Of a stretch of 63,385 nt of DNA, positions 1-7,802 are shown one piece after another. Position 1 is the first letter of the stretch. Each line of letters opens with the position of its first letter. The DNA comes from an uncultured Gammaproteobacteria bacterium (GTDB taxonomy: Bacteria > Patescibacteriota > Patescibacteriia > Magasanikbacterales > GWA2-37-8). The notes beneath the pieces are model-generated. The model was not told the DNA's origin, did not search any database, and worked only from the letters and a program-made list of their open reading frames with translations. A program made the translations under genes and the position numbers. The stretch spans positions 1-63,385 of the forward strand of contig CAZMYO010000062.1 of assembly GCA_964570525.1 (NCBI GenBank), given 5' to 3'.

Positions 1-186
1 TCAGCGGCATTGCAGGGTAGCCACGTTTAGCACGGATAAACGCTGAAAGCATCTAAGCGTGAAGCCGTCTTCAAGATTAACATTCGTTATAGACCCCTTG
101 TAGACTACGAGGTTGATAGGCTCTAGGTGTAAGCGCCGTAAGGCGTTGAGCTGAGGAGTACTAATCGGTCGAGCGTACAACGGAAG
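1..186 (+). rRNA. rrl: 23S rRNA, 3'-terminal part (window starts inside the gene)
   Basis: Conserved domain VI strings: GCTGAAAGCATCTAAGCGTGAAGCC, GTTGATAGGC, GAGTACTAATCGGTCGAG. The 3' end is approximate, placed by analogy with the ~20 nt that follow TACTAAT in E. coli 23S. Confidence 0.85.
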
Positions 187-212
187 CACTAAGATGTGCT
201 TGAATCAGTCAC

Positions 213-288
213 AAGTCCATAAAGTCTTTAAAGTCCATAAAGTCGCCAATCACGACTTGACGGACTTTTGACTTTCGACTTTTGACTC
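213..288. repeat. AAGTC-word imperfect hairpin in the 23S-5S spacer
   Basis: Left arm aagtccataaagtctttaaagtccataaagtc faces right arm gacttgacggacttttgactttcgacttttgac. The same word family occurs at 61501-61577 and as a half copy at 13327-13363. Confidence 0.7.
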
Positions 289-334
289 ACTACGTACCCT
301 ATTTGATTGATTGTTATTGAAAAAAGAACCAATG

Positions 335-444
335 TCTTGGTGGCATGAGCGGCAAGGCAACACCTGTTCCCTTCCCGAACACAGCAGTTAAGCTTGCCAG
401 CGCCCATGATAGCCTTCGGGCAAAAGTAGGCCGCCGCCAGGACA
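335..444 (+). rRNA. rrf: 5S rRNA
   Basis: TCTTGGTGGC...CACCTGTTCCCTTCCCGAACACAGCAGTTAAGC...GTAGGCCGCCGCCAGGAC shows the helix I pairing and the CCGAAC loop C motif. It is followed by ggacaatggtcc plus a T-run. Confidence 0.85.
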
Positions 445-508
445 ATGGTCCTTTTTTATTTTTATACGGAGCAGCTTCCGCTTTCTAATTTGACTGTGGA
501 TAGACACC

Positions 509-537
509 TTGACAAGAAGAGTGGCTTATGGTATATT
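509..537 (+). promoter_or_regulatory. sigma70-type promoter upstream of the high-GC ORF
   Basis: TTGACA (509-514), a 17-nt spacer, then TATATT (532-537). Confidence 0.5.
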
Positions 538-699
538 TAAACATTAATCTATTAGGCTAGAGTCACCAAAGAATACGATTTTAGGCTAACGAATGGCATT
601 CTTTAGTGAGAAGCTCTTACGTGGTACGCAATTTGCGAACACGGAGAAAGGGCTTCTATTCACTGAAAATTGCGCGCAAGCGCAAACTAGGAGGGTCCC

Positions 700-1881
700 A
701 TGTCCACTCCCGAGTCCGCTCTCGAGTCCGTTCCCGAGTCCGTTCCCGAGTCCGCTCCCGAGTCCGCCACCGTGGTCGTTCCTCCGCCGGAACAGGCGGT
801 GGAGGCGAAGGTGCGCTGCACCGCCGGCAACAAGAATCCGGAGGACCAGTGCCAGAACGAGGATGCCACGAACAAGATGTACATCCCCGGGTTCGATTTC
901 CTCTCGAAGAAGCTCGGCGGTCGCCCGATCGAGCTGATCGATCTGAAGGAGCTCGAGGGATTCGCGATCTGCGCCCACTGCCACCAGCTCGTGACGGAGG
1001 CAGCGCGGAAGAGCAACATGAAGATCGAGTACTACAACCTCTCCACCTGCGTGGAGAGGCAGAAGCAGCACCGCGACAGGCGCGCCGCCAAGACGGTCAT
1101 CGACGCGGCGCAGGCGAATCTGTCGGAGCAGCAGAAGCAGCTCTTCAAGGCCAAGGTCGACAAGTACCTGGCCACTCTCCGCAAGAACGCTTCGGCGGAC
1201 CTCCCCCCCCTCGACGCGCTTCCGGAAGTCATCAACTGCGTGTTCGAGAAGTGCGGCCACGCGTTCGCCGGCAAGGACAAGATGTACGTCCCCACCCTCA
1301 CCCGCCTCAACCAGGCGCTCGGCCGCGACGTGGTGGAGGGTGATCTGCCCAACTTCGCCCTGTGCTTCGAGCACGCCCACGCGCTCGAGAAGCGCGACGA
1401 AGAGATGCACCTCCTCGTGGCGTCCATCTGGATGATCGCAAAGAACCGTCCCAAGCGGGAGGCGGCCAAGCAGACCAAGGCCAGGGTCGACGACCTCCTC
1501 GCCGAGTTCGCCGAGCCCATCACCTGGGAGGACGGCCTGCCCGACGCCCCGGTGCCGTGCCGAGGGGAGGGTTGCCCGAACACCATTCCGGCCGGCAAGG
1601 GCAGCGTGTGCGACAGCTGCAAGCGCAAGTGCAAGACCGACGGTTGCAACAATCGCATCCCCAAGATTCACGAATACTGCTTGAAGTGCAAGCCGAAGAG
1701 CCCGCTCGGGAAGAGCCCGCTCGAGAACAAGACCCCCCAGAACTCCACCCTCGCGGATCGGGAGACGAAGCGCCACTGGCGCCAGGGGGAGACCTCCGTG
1801 AAGGGTCCCGTGAAGGGTCCCAGCAACGATCTCTGCCTCCACAACTTCAAGGGCAAGGGCAAGGGCAAGGGCAAGAAGTAG
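700..1881 (+). CDS. Hypothetical Cys/His-rich protein encoded by a high-GC foreign-looking gene (393 aa)
   Basis: AGGAGG lies 7 nt upstream of the ATG. Third codon positions are strongly G/C, which marks this frame as the coding one among six open frames. Features: N-terminal (P)ES(V/A) 12-nt tandem repeats, two related Cys/His modules, a C-terminal CxxC cluster and a KG-repeat tail. I recognise no family. Confidence 0.7.
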   Translation: MSTPESALESVPESVPESAPESATVVVPPPEQAVEAKVRCTAGNKNPEDQCQNEDATNKMYIPGFDFLSKKLGGRPIELIDLKELEGFAICAHCHQLVTEAARKSNMKIEYYNLSTCVERQKQHRDRRAAKTVIDAAQANLSEQQKQLFKAKVDKYLATLRKNASADLPPLDALPEVINCVFEKCGHAFAGKDKMYVPTLTRLNQALGRDVVEGDLPNFALCFEHAHALEKRDEEMHLLVASIWMIAKNRPKREAAKQTKARVDDLLAEFAEPITWEDGLPDAPVPCRGEGCPNTIPAGKGSVCDSCKRKCKTDGCNNRIPKIHEYCLKCKPKSPLGKSPLENKTPQNSTLADRETKRHWRQGETSVKGPVKGPSNDLCLHNFKGKGKGKGKK

Positions 1882-1956
1882 CCTTTTCCCAACACCACTA
1901 CATGACACGCTAACGCGTGTCGGCGATGCTCGAGCGCCTCATCTCGAGCAACAATC

Positions 1957-1990
1957 AAAGTTCCCGATACCCAATCGGGACTTTTGATTT
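1957..1990 (+). terminator. Rho-independent terminator after the high-GC ORF
   Basis: aaagttcccgat-accca-atcgggactttt stem-loop followed by ttgattttt. The stem belongs to the host CCCGA/TCGGG hairpin family. Confidence 0.5.
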
Positions 1991-2098
1991 TTATGGGCTC
2001 TGGCCCCGTATAGATCTTTAGAAATTATACGGGGATTATACGGGGTTTGACGACCACTTGGCCGTATGTTACTCTAGAGGCAATCAAAGCCTTTTTCT

Positions 2099-2755
2099 AT
2101 GCAAAAAAATCTCATCGAGAAGACGGCGGAATATGTTAAAATTAAACTTGCTCAAGAGCCCACCGGACATGATTGGTATCATGTGGAGCGAGTCTGGAAA
2201 ATGGCAAAACTTCTTCAGATAGAGGAGGGAGGCGACCTGGAGCTTATTCAGCTCTCGGCTTTGCTCCATGATTTGGGAGACTACGACAACCCGGAAGATT
2301 TTGATGAGGAAAAAGGGTCGCTGGTGCTTAATGGGATGATGGATGTTTTAGAAATTGACGAATTGATGAAGAAAAAAATTATTACTATTATTCACGAGAG
2401 CCAATATATTGGTAACGATACCAAGCCGGCCGCTACTACTGAAGGAAAAATTATTCAGGACGCGGCGTGGCTCGATGCCCTGGGCGCCATCGGGATTGCT
2501 CGAACCTTCGCTACCGGCGGGTTTATTCGGCGGATGTTACATGACCCGCATCGCCCACTTCGCCGCAAACTAGCCAGAGAAACTTATAAAAATCACAAAA
2601 AGAACAGCACCAGTATCGATTCTTTTTACGAAAAGGCCCTCAAGCTCCCAAAATTAATGAACACTCCCACCGCTCGGCGCATTGCGGAACGCCGCGCCGA
2701 CTTTATCCAACATTTTATCGATGAATTTTTGCAGGAGTGGGAGGGGGAGAAGTAA
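2099..2755 (+). CDS. HD-domain phosphohydrolase
   Basis: GHDWYHVERV and LHDLGD form an H...HD metal-binding signature. The YedJ-like length fits. Confidence 0.8.
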   Translation: MQKNLIEKTAEYVKIKLAQEPTGHDWYHVERVWKMAKLLQIEEGGDLELIQLSALLHDLGDYDNPEDFDEEKGSLVLNGMMDVLEIDELMKKKIITIIHESQYIGNDTKPAATTEGKIIQDAAWLDALGAIGIARTFATGGFIRRMLHDPHRPLRRKLARETYKNHKKNSTSIDSFYEKALKLPKLMNTPTARRIAERRADFIQHFIDEFLQEWEGEK

Positions 2756-2796
2756 AAAATTTCAAAATCCAAATTTCTAATTTCCAATTTCTAATT
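2755..2796. repeat. Direct word-repeat spacer (aatttc-type words) abutting a start codon
   Basis: aaaatttcaaaatccaaatttctaatttccaatttctaatt lies immediately before ATG-2797. Related words occur at 31818-31842. Confidence 0.5.
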
Positions 2797-3660
2797 ATGG
2801 ACTTGTCGCCATTTAAATACCACGATCGGTTTCTCATGTTGGCTTTGGATCACCGCGGCAGTTTTAAAAAATATATCAGCAAGAATCCCGAAGCCGTAAC
2901 CGTTGCCGACAGCATCAAGGCAAAAGCAATGATTATCAATTCGTTGGCCGATCAGTTTAGCGGCGTTTTGCTTGATCCGAGCTGGGGGCTTACGGCCTAT
3001 CAAGGTGGTGCAAAACCGTATTTACTATGCTTAGAAAAAACCGGCTATGTGGAAAGCGGCAGTGAGCGAGTTACGGAATTAGAATATACGGCGAAACAGT
3101 TGAAAGAGCTCGGAGCGAGTGGTACAAAGCTTTTGCTGTATTTCAATCCCGAGGCAAAAAGCCGTGTTCAGCAAATCGAAACGGCAACCAAAGCGCTTCT
3201 GGATTCTCATAAAAATAAGTTGCCGCTGTTTTTGGAAATTGTAACGTATGGCAACGAAGCCTCTGGTAAAAGCCGAGCGGAGTGGGTTTTACGATCGGTG
3301 AAAATGTTGTTAGAAACAGGAGTTGTTCCGGACGTGTGGAAGCTGGAGTTTCCCGCCTCCGTCCGCCTCGGGCGGACTATGGCGGGCAGGCCGGGCGATT
3401 TTGAAGCGTGTAAAAAAATTACCGAACTGGTCGGTGATACACCGTGGATATTGCTCACGCGCGGCGAGTCATTTGAAATGTTTAGAGAACAACTGAAAGT
3501 GGCGGTCGCCGCCGGGGCCGTTGGTTTTTTGGCGGGGCGAGCTTTGTGGCAGGAGTTTGGCCAGTATCCGGACGAAGCGGCGCAGAAGGAGTTTTTAACT
3601 AATACCGTAAAGCCACGATTTGCCGAGATTTCCAGGATAGTACTAGCTAATCCATCCTAA
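2797..3660 (+). CDS. Class I aldolase, LacD/tagatose-bisphosphate-aldolase-like family
   Basis: MLALDHRGSF, DVWKLEFP and FLAGRALW resemble LacD/DeoC-family motifs. The start was moved to MDLSPF (ATG 2797) because the upstream part of the ORF is a word repeat. Confidence 0.6.
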   Translation: MDLSPFKYHDRFLMLALDHRGSFKKYISKNPEAVTVADSIKAKAMIINSLADQFSGVLLDPSWGLTAYQGGAKPYLLCLEKTGYVESGSERVTELEYTAKQLKELGASGTKLLLYFNPEAKSRVQQIETATKALLDSHKNKLPLFLEIVTYGNEASGKSRAEWVLRSVKMLLETGVVPDVWKLEFPASVRLGRTMAGRPGDFEACKKITELVGDTPWILLTRGESFEMFREQLKVAVAAGAVGFLAGRALWQEFGQYPDEAAQKEFLTNTVKPRFAEISRIVLANPS

Positions 3661-3791
3661 AAAGGATGGTAGGGAGGTGTTAGAGGGGAATAAACGACTT
3701 ATCCACAGAAAGCTGTCGAAAAAAAGTTGACAGCTTTTTTAGTTGTGATATCTTTATATTATGCTAATAACAATGCTTTTATAGTCTTGGT

Positions 3792-4529
3792 ATGGACATC
3801 AGTATATTTAAAAAGTTAGGATTTTCTGACAAGGTATCCCGTATTTATCTGGTGCTTTTGTGTATGGGTCCGTCTTCGGTGCGCAATTTAGCCAAAAAAG
3901 CGGAAATGAATCGCGGCAGTGTCTACGACGCTCTCAAGTGGCTAAGAGACGAGGGGCTAGTAAGTTTTTACGAGAAAGACGCCAAGCAGTATTTTGTAGC
4001 TGAAGATCCGGGCAAGCTTCACGAAATGCTCGAACGGCAGAGTAATCAGCTTAGCGACGTCAGTAAAAAGTTGCGAGAGGTGGTGGCCGAGCTTAAATCG
4101 GTCTATGATCGCGGCGGAGAGCGCCCCGTGGCGCGCTACTATGAGAAAGGGGATATCAGAAAAATTTTGGAGGACGTGCTTAGCGAGTGCGAGAAGACCG
4201 GCGAGATGGAGTATCGGGTTTATTCGGACGCGGCCATTCGTGAATATTTATACGATGGTTTTGAAACTTTTAGCGATGCGCGCGTGGCCAAGGGGATTTC
4301 GGTGAAAGTGATCGCCGTCGGCGGCGGCGGGGAGCTGCGCGGTTTAGATGAGCGCAAGTGGCTGAAAGTAAAAAGCGGCACCCCAACGTATATTCTTATT
4401 TATCCCGGCAACACCGCCTACATTTCTTTAAACGCCCAGGGCGATTTGGTTGGCGTCGTGATAGAAAACGAAGGAGTTTACGCGACGCAAAAAAATATTT
4501 TCGATGCCCTCTGGGAGAAGCTAGATTAA
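3792..4529 (+). CDS. TrmB-family HTH transcriptional regulator
   Basis: The N-terminal winged HTH (LGFSDKVSRIYLVLLCMGPSSVRNLAKKAEMNRGSVYDALKWLRDEGLV) is typical of TrmB. Confidence 0.75.
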   Translation: MDISIFKKLGFSDKVSRIYLVLLCMGPSSVRNLAKKAEMNRGSVYDALKWLRDEGLVSFYEKDAKQYFVAEDPGKLHEMLERQSNQLSDVSKKLREVVAELKSVYDRGGERPVARYYEKGDIRKILEDVLSECEKTGEMEYRVYSDAAIREYLYDGFETFSDARVAKGISVKVIAVGGGGELRGLDERKWLKVKSGTPTYILIYPGNTAYISLNAQGDLVGVVIENEGVYATQKNIFDALWEKLD

Positions 4530-4530
4530 T

Positions 4531-5169
4531 TTGAATATGTTTGAGTACAGCTTTGTAGATTTAGACTCCACTATTTATGAGACGCACCGGCTGGCGCAAG
4601 CAATGCGGGAAACATTTTTAAATCATGGCGTTACCAAAGAAGATTTTGAGGTATCTTTAAAACGAGCGGTGCATGGCGAACAGGGTGATCACTACGACTA
4701 TACTTTCGAGAGCCAGGTGGCCAATTTGCGGGGTCTAGGGTATGCTTTATCCGATGCGGTTGTTGACGAACTTTATTCCCTATTTAATGTTGATTACCAA
4801 GCCGACGATGCCGAAAAATTTTTGAAATTTTTGAAAAAAACCAGCGAGAAAACGGTGTTACTAAGCGCCGGTAACAGCGGTTTTCAGAAACAAAAACTTT
4901 TTTCCTCTAAATTAAATAATTTTTTTGATGAGATCCACATTGTCCATGGCAATAAGCATGAATTGGTAAGGCAAAGGAGCGGAGATGGGCACAGCCTGTT
5001 TGTTAACGATAGTCTTAAAGAAAATTCTATTATCAGCAAAATGTTTCCTAATATCTTGGTGGTTTCCCGGGTTAATCCACGAAAAGACATTATGGAATAT
5101 AAGCAAAGCGGCTTGCCTTATTTTAAAACATTAATCGAAATAGCTGATTATGTCTCGAAAGTACGGTAA
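4531..5169 (+). CDS. HAD-superfamily hydrolase (putative)
   Basis: VDLDST is DxDxT motif I, LLSAGN is motif II, and GNK...VNDS is motif III/IV-like. The start is either TTG 4531 or ATG 4537. Confidence 0.55.
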   Translation: MNMFEYSFVDLDSTIYETHRLAQAMRETFLNHGVTKEDFEVSLKRAVHGEQGDHYDYTFESQVANLRGLGYALSDAVVDELYSLFNVDYQADDAEKFLKFLKKTSEKTVLLSAGNSGFQKQKLFSSKLNNFFDEIHIVHGNKHELVRQRSGDGHSLFVNDSLKENSIISKMFPNILVVSRVNPRKDIMEYKQSGLPYFKTLIEIADYVSKVR

Positions 5170-5902
5170 TCTTGGGGTTGTAATTCTTGCTGCCGGCAAA
5201 GGAACGCGCCTGGGATGTACCGACACACCCAAGGCGATGCTTAAGATTGGCGGCCGTCCGATTGTTAGTTATATCGTGAAGACACTGGAAAAAATGGGTT
5301 TTAGGCCGGAGCAGATTTGTTTGGTGGTGGGGTTTAAAAAAGACAAAGTCAGGGAATATTTTGGCGAGCGCGTAAGTTACGCGGCGCAAGAGGATCTTTT
5401 GGGAACCGCGCACGCGGCGTATCTCGGCATGTTGTCTCTTCCAAAAGAAATTACTCAAGTACTGGTAATGGGAGGCGACGACAGCGCTTTTTATCGGCCG
5501 GTTTCTCTCTTTAATTTGCTTCAAGAACACGCGAGGCAGGCTGCCACACTCACCCTTCTTACAGTGGAGGCAGATATTCCAAATCAGCTCGGCAGAGTTG
5601 TTCGTCATGCTGATGGCAGCGTTGAAATAATAGAAAAGGAATATTTAACCGAGGAACAAAAATTAATTAAAGAAATTAGCACCGGCACTTTTGTTTTTGA
5701 CCGGCAGTGGTTCGAGAAAATGTTTCCAACCATGCCAAAGCTCCGCAAGCTCGGTGAATTTGGTCTCCCCACCGCCTTGGCTATGGCCAGGAAAGAAAAC
5801 GCGCCGTATCAGCTTATAAAGTTGTCCAATTCTGATGAGTGGTTTGGGGTGAACACTCCCGAGGAATTGGCGGAAGCGGAGCGGAGAAAAAAAGGTGGTT
5901 AA
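5150..5902 (+). CDS. Sugar-1-phosphate nucleotidyltransferase (GlmU N-terminal-domain-like)
   Basis: The VILAAGKGTRL signature plus the GTAHA motif. It lies next to glmS. Confidence 0.75.
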   Translation: MSRKYGNLGVVILAAGKGTRLGCTDTPKAMLKIGGRPIVSYIVKTLEKMGFRPEQICLVVGFKKDKVREYFGERVSYAAQEDLLGTAHAAYLGMLSLPKEITQVLVMGGDDSAFYRPVSLFNLLQEHARQAATLTLLTVEADIPNQLGRVVRHADGSVEIIEKEYLTEEQKLIKEISTGTFVFDRQWFEKMFPTMPKLRKLGEFGLPTALAMARKENAPYQLIKLSNSDEWFGVNTPEELAEAERRKKGG

Positions 5903-5917
5903 GCAAAGTCGCGAATT

Positions 5918-5960
5918 CAGAATCTTTAATCTTACAGTCTTTCAATCTTTAGTCTTTCAC
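5918..5960. repeat. Direct word-repeat spacer (aatcttta / gtctttca words) abutting the glmS start
   Basis: cagaatctttaatcttacagtctttcaatctttagtctttcac lies directly before ATG-5964. Confidence 0.5.
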
Positions 5961-5963
5961 CGT

Positions 5964-7787
5964 ATGTGCGGCATTATCGGTTACATCGGTCAAAAAGAAG
6001 CGTTACCGATCCTCATTAAGGGGCTGCGGCGTTTGGAATACCGCGGTTATGATTCCGCCGGTGTGGCGGTGTTTCATGAAGGAAAAGTGCGGCGCCGGCG
6101 CGCGGTGGGCAAGATTGATATGCTGGCCGAAAAGCTTAAAAAAGAATCGTTTCCGGGTACGGTTGGTATCGGCCATACACGCTGGGCCACGCACGGCGGC
6201 GTAACGGAGGAAAACGCGCATCCGCACACCGATTGCACCGGTAACATTATTGTGGCGCATAACGGCATTATTGAGAACTATCGCGAGCTAAAAAACAATT
6301 TTTTAACCGGGCATGCGTTCCATTCCGAGACCGATACGGAAATTCTGGCCCATCTCATCGAATTTTTTTATCGGGGAGATTTGCGTTTGGCGGTGGAGCG
6401 GGCGCTTAAAGAAGTGCGCGGAACCTATGGTTTGGTTGCGATGCATCTACAGGAACCGCGCAAGCTTATCGCGGCCAGACTCGGGAGCCCCCTAGTAGTC
6501 GGTGTCGGTGACAAAGAGTATTACCTGGCTTCCGACGCTTCTCCAATTTTGGCGTATACGCAGCAGGTTATTTTTTTAGATGATGGAGAAATAGTGGAGT
6601 TAACCGACCACAGTCTTCAAACCTTTAATCTTAAAGACGAAAAAATTAACAAATCCGCCGAGTTTATTGACTGGAATGAGAGTCAGGCAGAAAAGAACGG
6701 CTTCCCCCATTTCATGCTCAAAGAAATTTTTGATCAGCCCACCGTAATTAAAGACGCCATGCGCGGCCGGCTGGTGGAAGAAGACGGGGCGGCGCACTTG
6801 GGTGGACTTAACATGACGGAGCCCGAGATGCGCCGAGTGCAGCGGATTATTTTACTTGCTTGCGGGACTGCCTCGTACGCGGCACTGGTGGGCAAATATG
6901 CTTTTGAACGGCTGGCCGGTATTCCGACCGAGGTGGATGTGGCGAGCGAGTTCCGTTATCGTGACCCGATTATTGATAGCAATACTTTGGTATTTGGTGT
7001 TTCCCAATCGGGAGAAACAGCCGACACCTTGGCGGCTCTGCGCGAAGCCAAACGCAAAGGCGCCTTTGTGCGCGGCATCGTGAATGTGATCGGCTCCACC
7101 ATCGCGCGTGAAACCGACGGCGGCACCTATATTCACGCCGGGCCGGAGCTCGCGGTGGCTTCTTCCAAAGCGTATACCAATATGGTGGCGGTTTTGACAA
7201 TGTATGCTCTCCAGTTCGGCCGGAGTAGCAGGCTTACCGTTGCTACCGGCCAGCGCCTGGTTCGCGCGCTCAACGAGATTCCGGAAAAGATGAAAGTTGT
7301 TTTAACAGAAAGCGATAGGATTAAAAATATTGTTGAGAAACACAAAACTGCCACCAACTTTCTTTTTTTGGGACGCGGCATCAACTACCCGGTAGCTCTC
7401 GAAGGATCGCATAAGCTCAAAGAAATTTCCTATATCCACAGCGAAGCTTATCCGGCCGGCGAGATGAAACACGGAGCTAATGCCCTGCTCTCGCCGCAGT
7501 TTCCGGTTTTAGCCATCATGACCAAGAATCAACTATATGAAAAAATGCGCAGCAATGTTGAAGAGGTTCGAGCTCGCCACGCCCCGCTTATCCTCATCGC
7601 GACGGAGGGCGACACACAGGCCAAAGAGCTCGCCGATGATATTATTTTTGTGCCGCCGACCATGGAATTATTGGAGCCACTCATCAACACGATCCCACTT
7701 CAGCTGTTCGCCTACCATATGGCGGTAGCGCTGGGGAAAGATGTTGACCGGCCGAGAAACTTGGCTAAGAGTGTGACGGTTGAATAA
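5964..7787 (+). CDS. glmS: Glutamine--fructose-6-phosphate aminotransferase
   Basis: MCGIIGY provides the N-terminal nucleophile Cys2. Two SIS domains are present and the C-terminus is KSVTVE. The ORF-track start at 5895 would bury the catalytic Cys. Confidence 0.95.
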   Translation: MCGIIGYIGQKEALPILIKGLRRLEYRGYDSAGVAVFHEGKVRRRRAVGKIDMLAEKLKKESFPGTVGIGHTRWATHGGVTEENAHPHTDCTGNIIVAHNGIIENYRELKNNFLTGHAFHSETDTEILAHLIEFFYRGDLRLAVERALKEVRGTYGLVAMHLQEPRKLIAARLGSPLVVGVGDKEYYLASDASPILAYTQQVIFLDDGEIVELTDHSLQTFNLKDEKINKSAEFIDWNESQAEKNGFPHFMLKEIFDQPTVIKDAMRGRLVEEDGAAHLGGLNMTEPEMRRVQRIILLACGTASYAALVGKYAFERLAGIPTEVDVASEFRYRDPIIDSNTLVFGVSQSGETADTLAALREAKRKGAFVRGIVNVIGSTIARETDGGTYIHAGPELAVASSKAYTNMVAVLTMYALQFGRSSRLTVATGQRLVRALNEIPEKMKVVLTESDRIKNIVEKHKTATNFLFLGRGINYPVALEGSHKLKEISYIHSEAYPAGEMKHGANALLSPQFPVLAIMTKNQLYEKMRSNVEEVRARHAPLILIATEGDTQAKELADDIIFVPPTMELLEPLINTIPLQLFAYHMAVALGKDVDRPRNLAKSVTVE

Positions 7788-7802
7788 CTGTGTAATCTGT
7801 GT

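Noticed and set aside
1-189. A 62-aa minus-strand ORF at the window start
   Set aside because: It lies entirely within the conserved 3' domain of the 23S rRNA.
213-288. The possibility that the AAGTC-word, aatctgtgt-word or REP clusters are CRISPR arrays
   Set aside because: The repeats are 8-10-nt words or single palindromes with no regularly spaced unique spacers of 25-40 nt. No cas genes are present in the window.
700-1881. Explaining both high-GC islands simply as assembly chimeras or contaminant contig joins
   Set aside because: This is not fully excluded without reads, but it is unlikely. Each island is exactly one ORF long. Each begins a few nt after a host-type SD or promoter and ends before host-specific CCCGA/TCGGG hairpins. 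Ordinary host genes continue on both sides.
586-1908. A 440-aa minus-strand ORF and several other long overlapping ORFs (593-937, 606-1343, 687-1019, 1032-1664, 1362-1913, 1668-1958) covering high-GC island 1
   Set aside because: Stop codons are AT-rich, so all frames stay open in a GC3-saturated gene. Only the 700-1881 frame has an SD, a G/C third-position periodicity and a balanced amino-acid composition. The others give Arg/Gly/Ala/Pro-rich low-complexity products.
3361-3379. The gtccgcc-tcg-ggcggac hairpin inside the aldolase-like CDS as another in-frame REP insertion
   Set aside because: It resembles the terminator stems at 16978 and 53941. It is short, however, and I cannot tell without an alignment whether ASVRLGRTMAGRPGD is an insertion, so I did not report it as a finding.
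5895-5963. N-terminal extensions given by the ORF track for glmS (5895), the aldolase (2737), epmA (22553), RAYT (54600), the MTase (12945), AI-2E (57361), the HTH-ATPase (61176) and the hydrolase (61912)
   Set aside because: The extensions run through repeat elements or promoters, or they would bury the obligatory N-terminal Cys of GlmS. Internal ATGs match the conserved protein N-termini.
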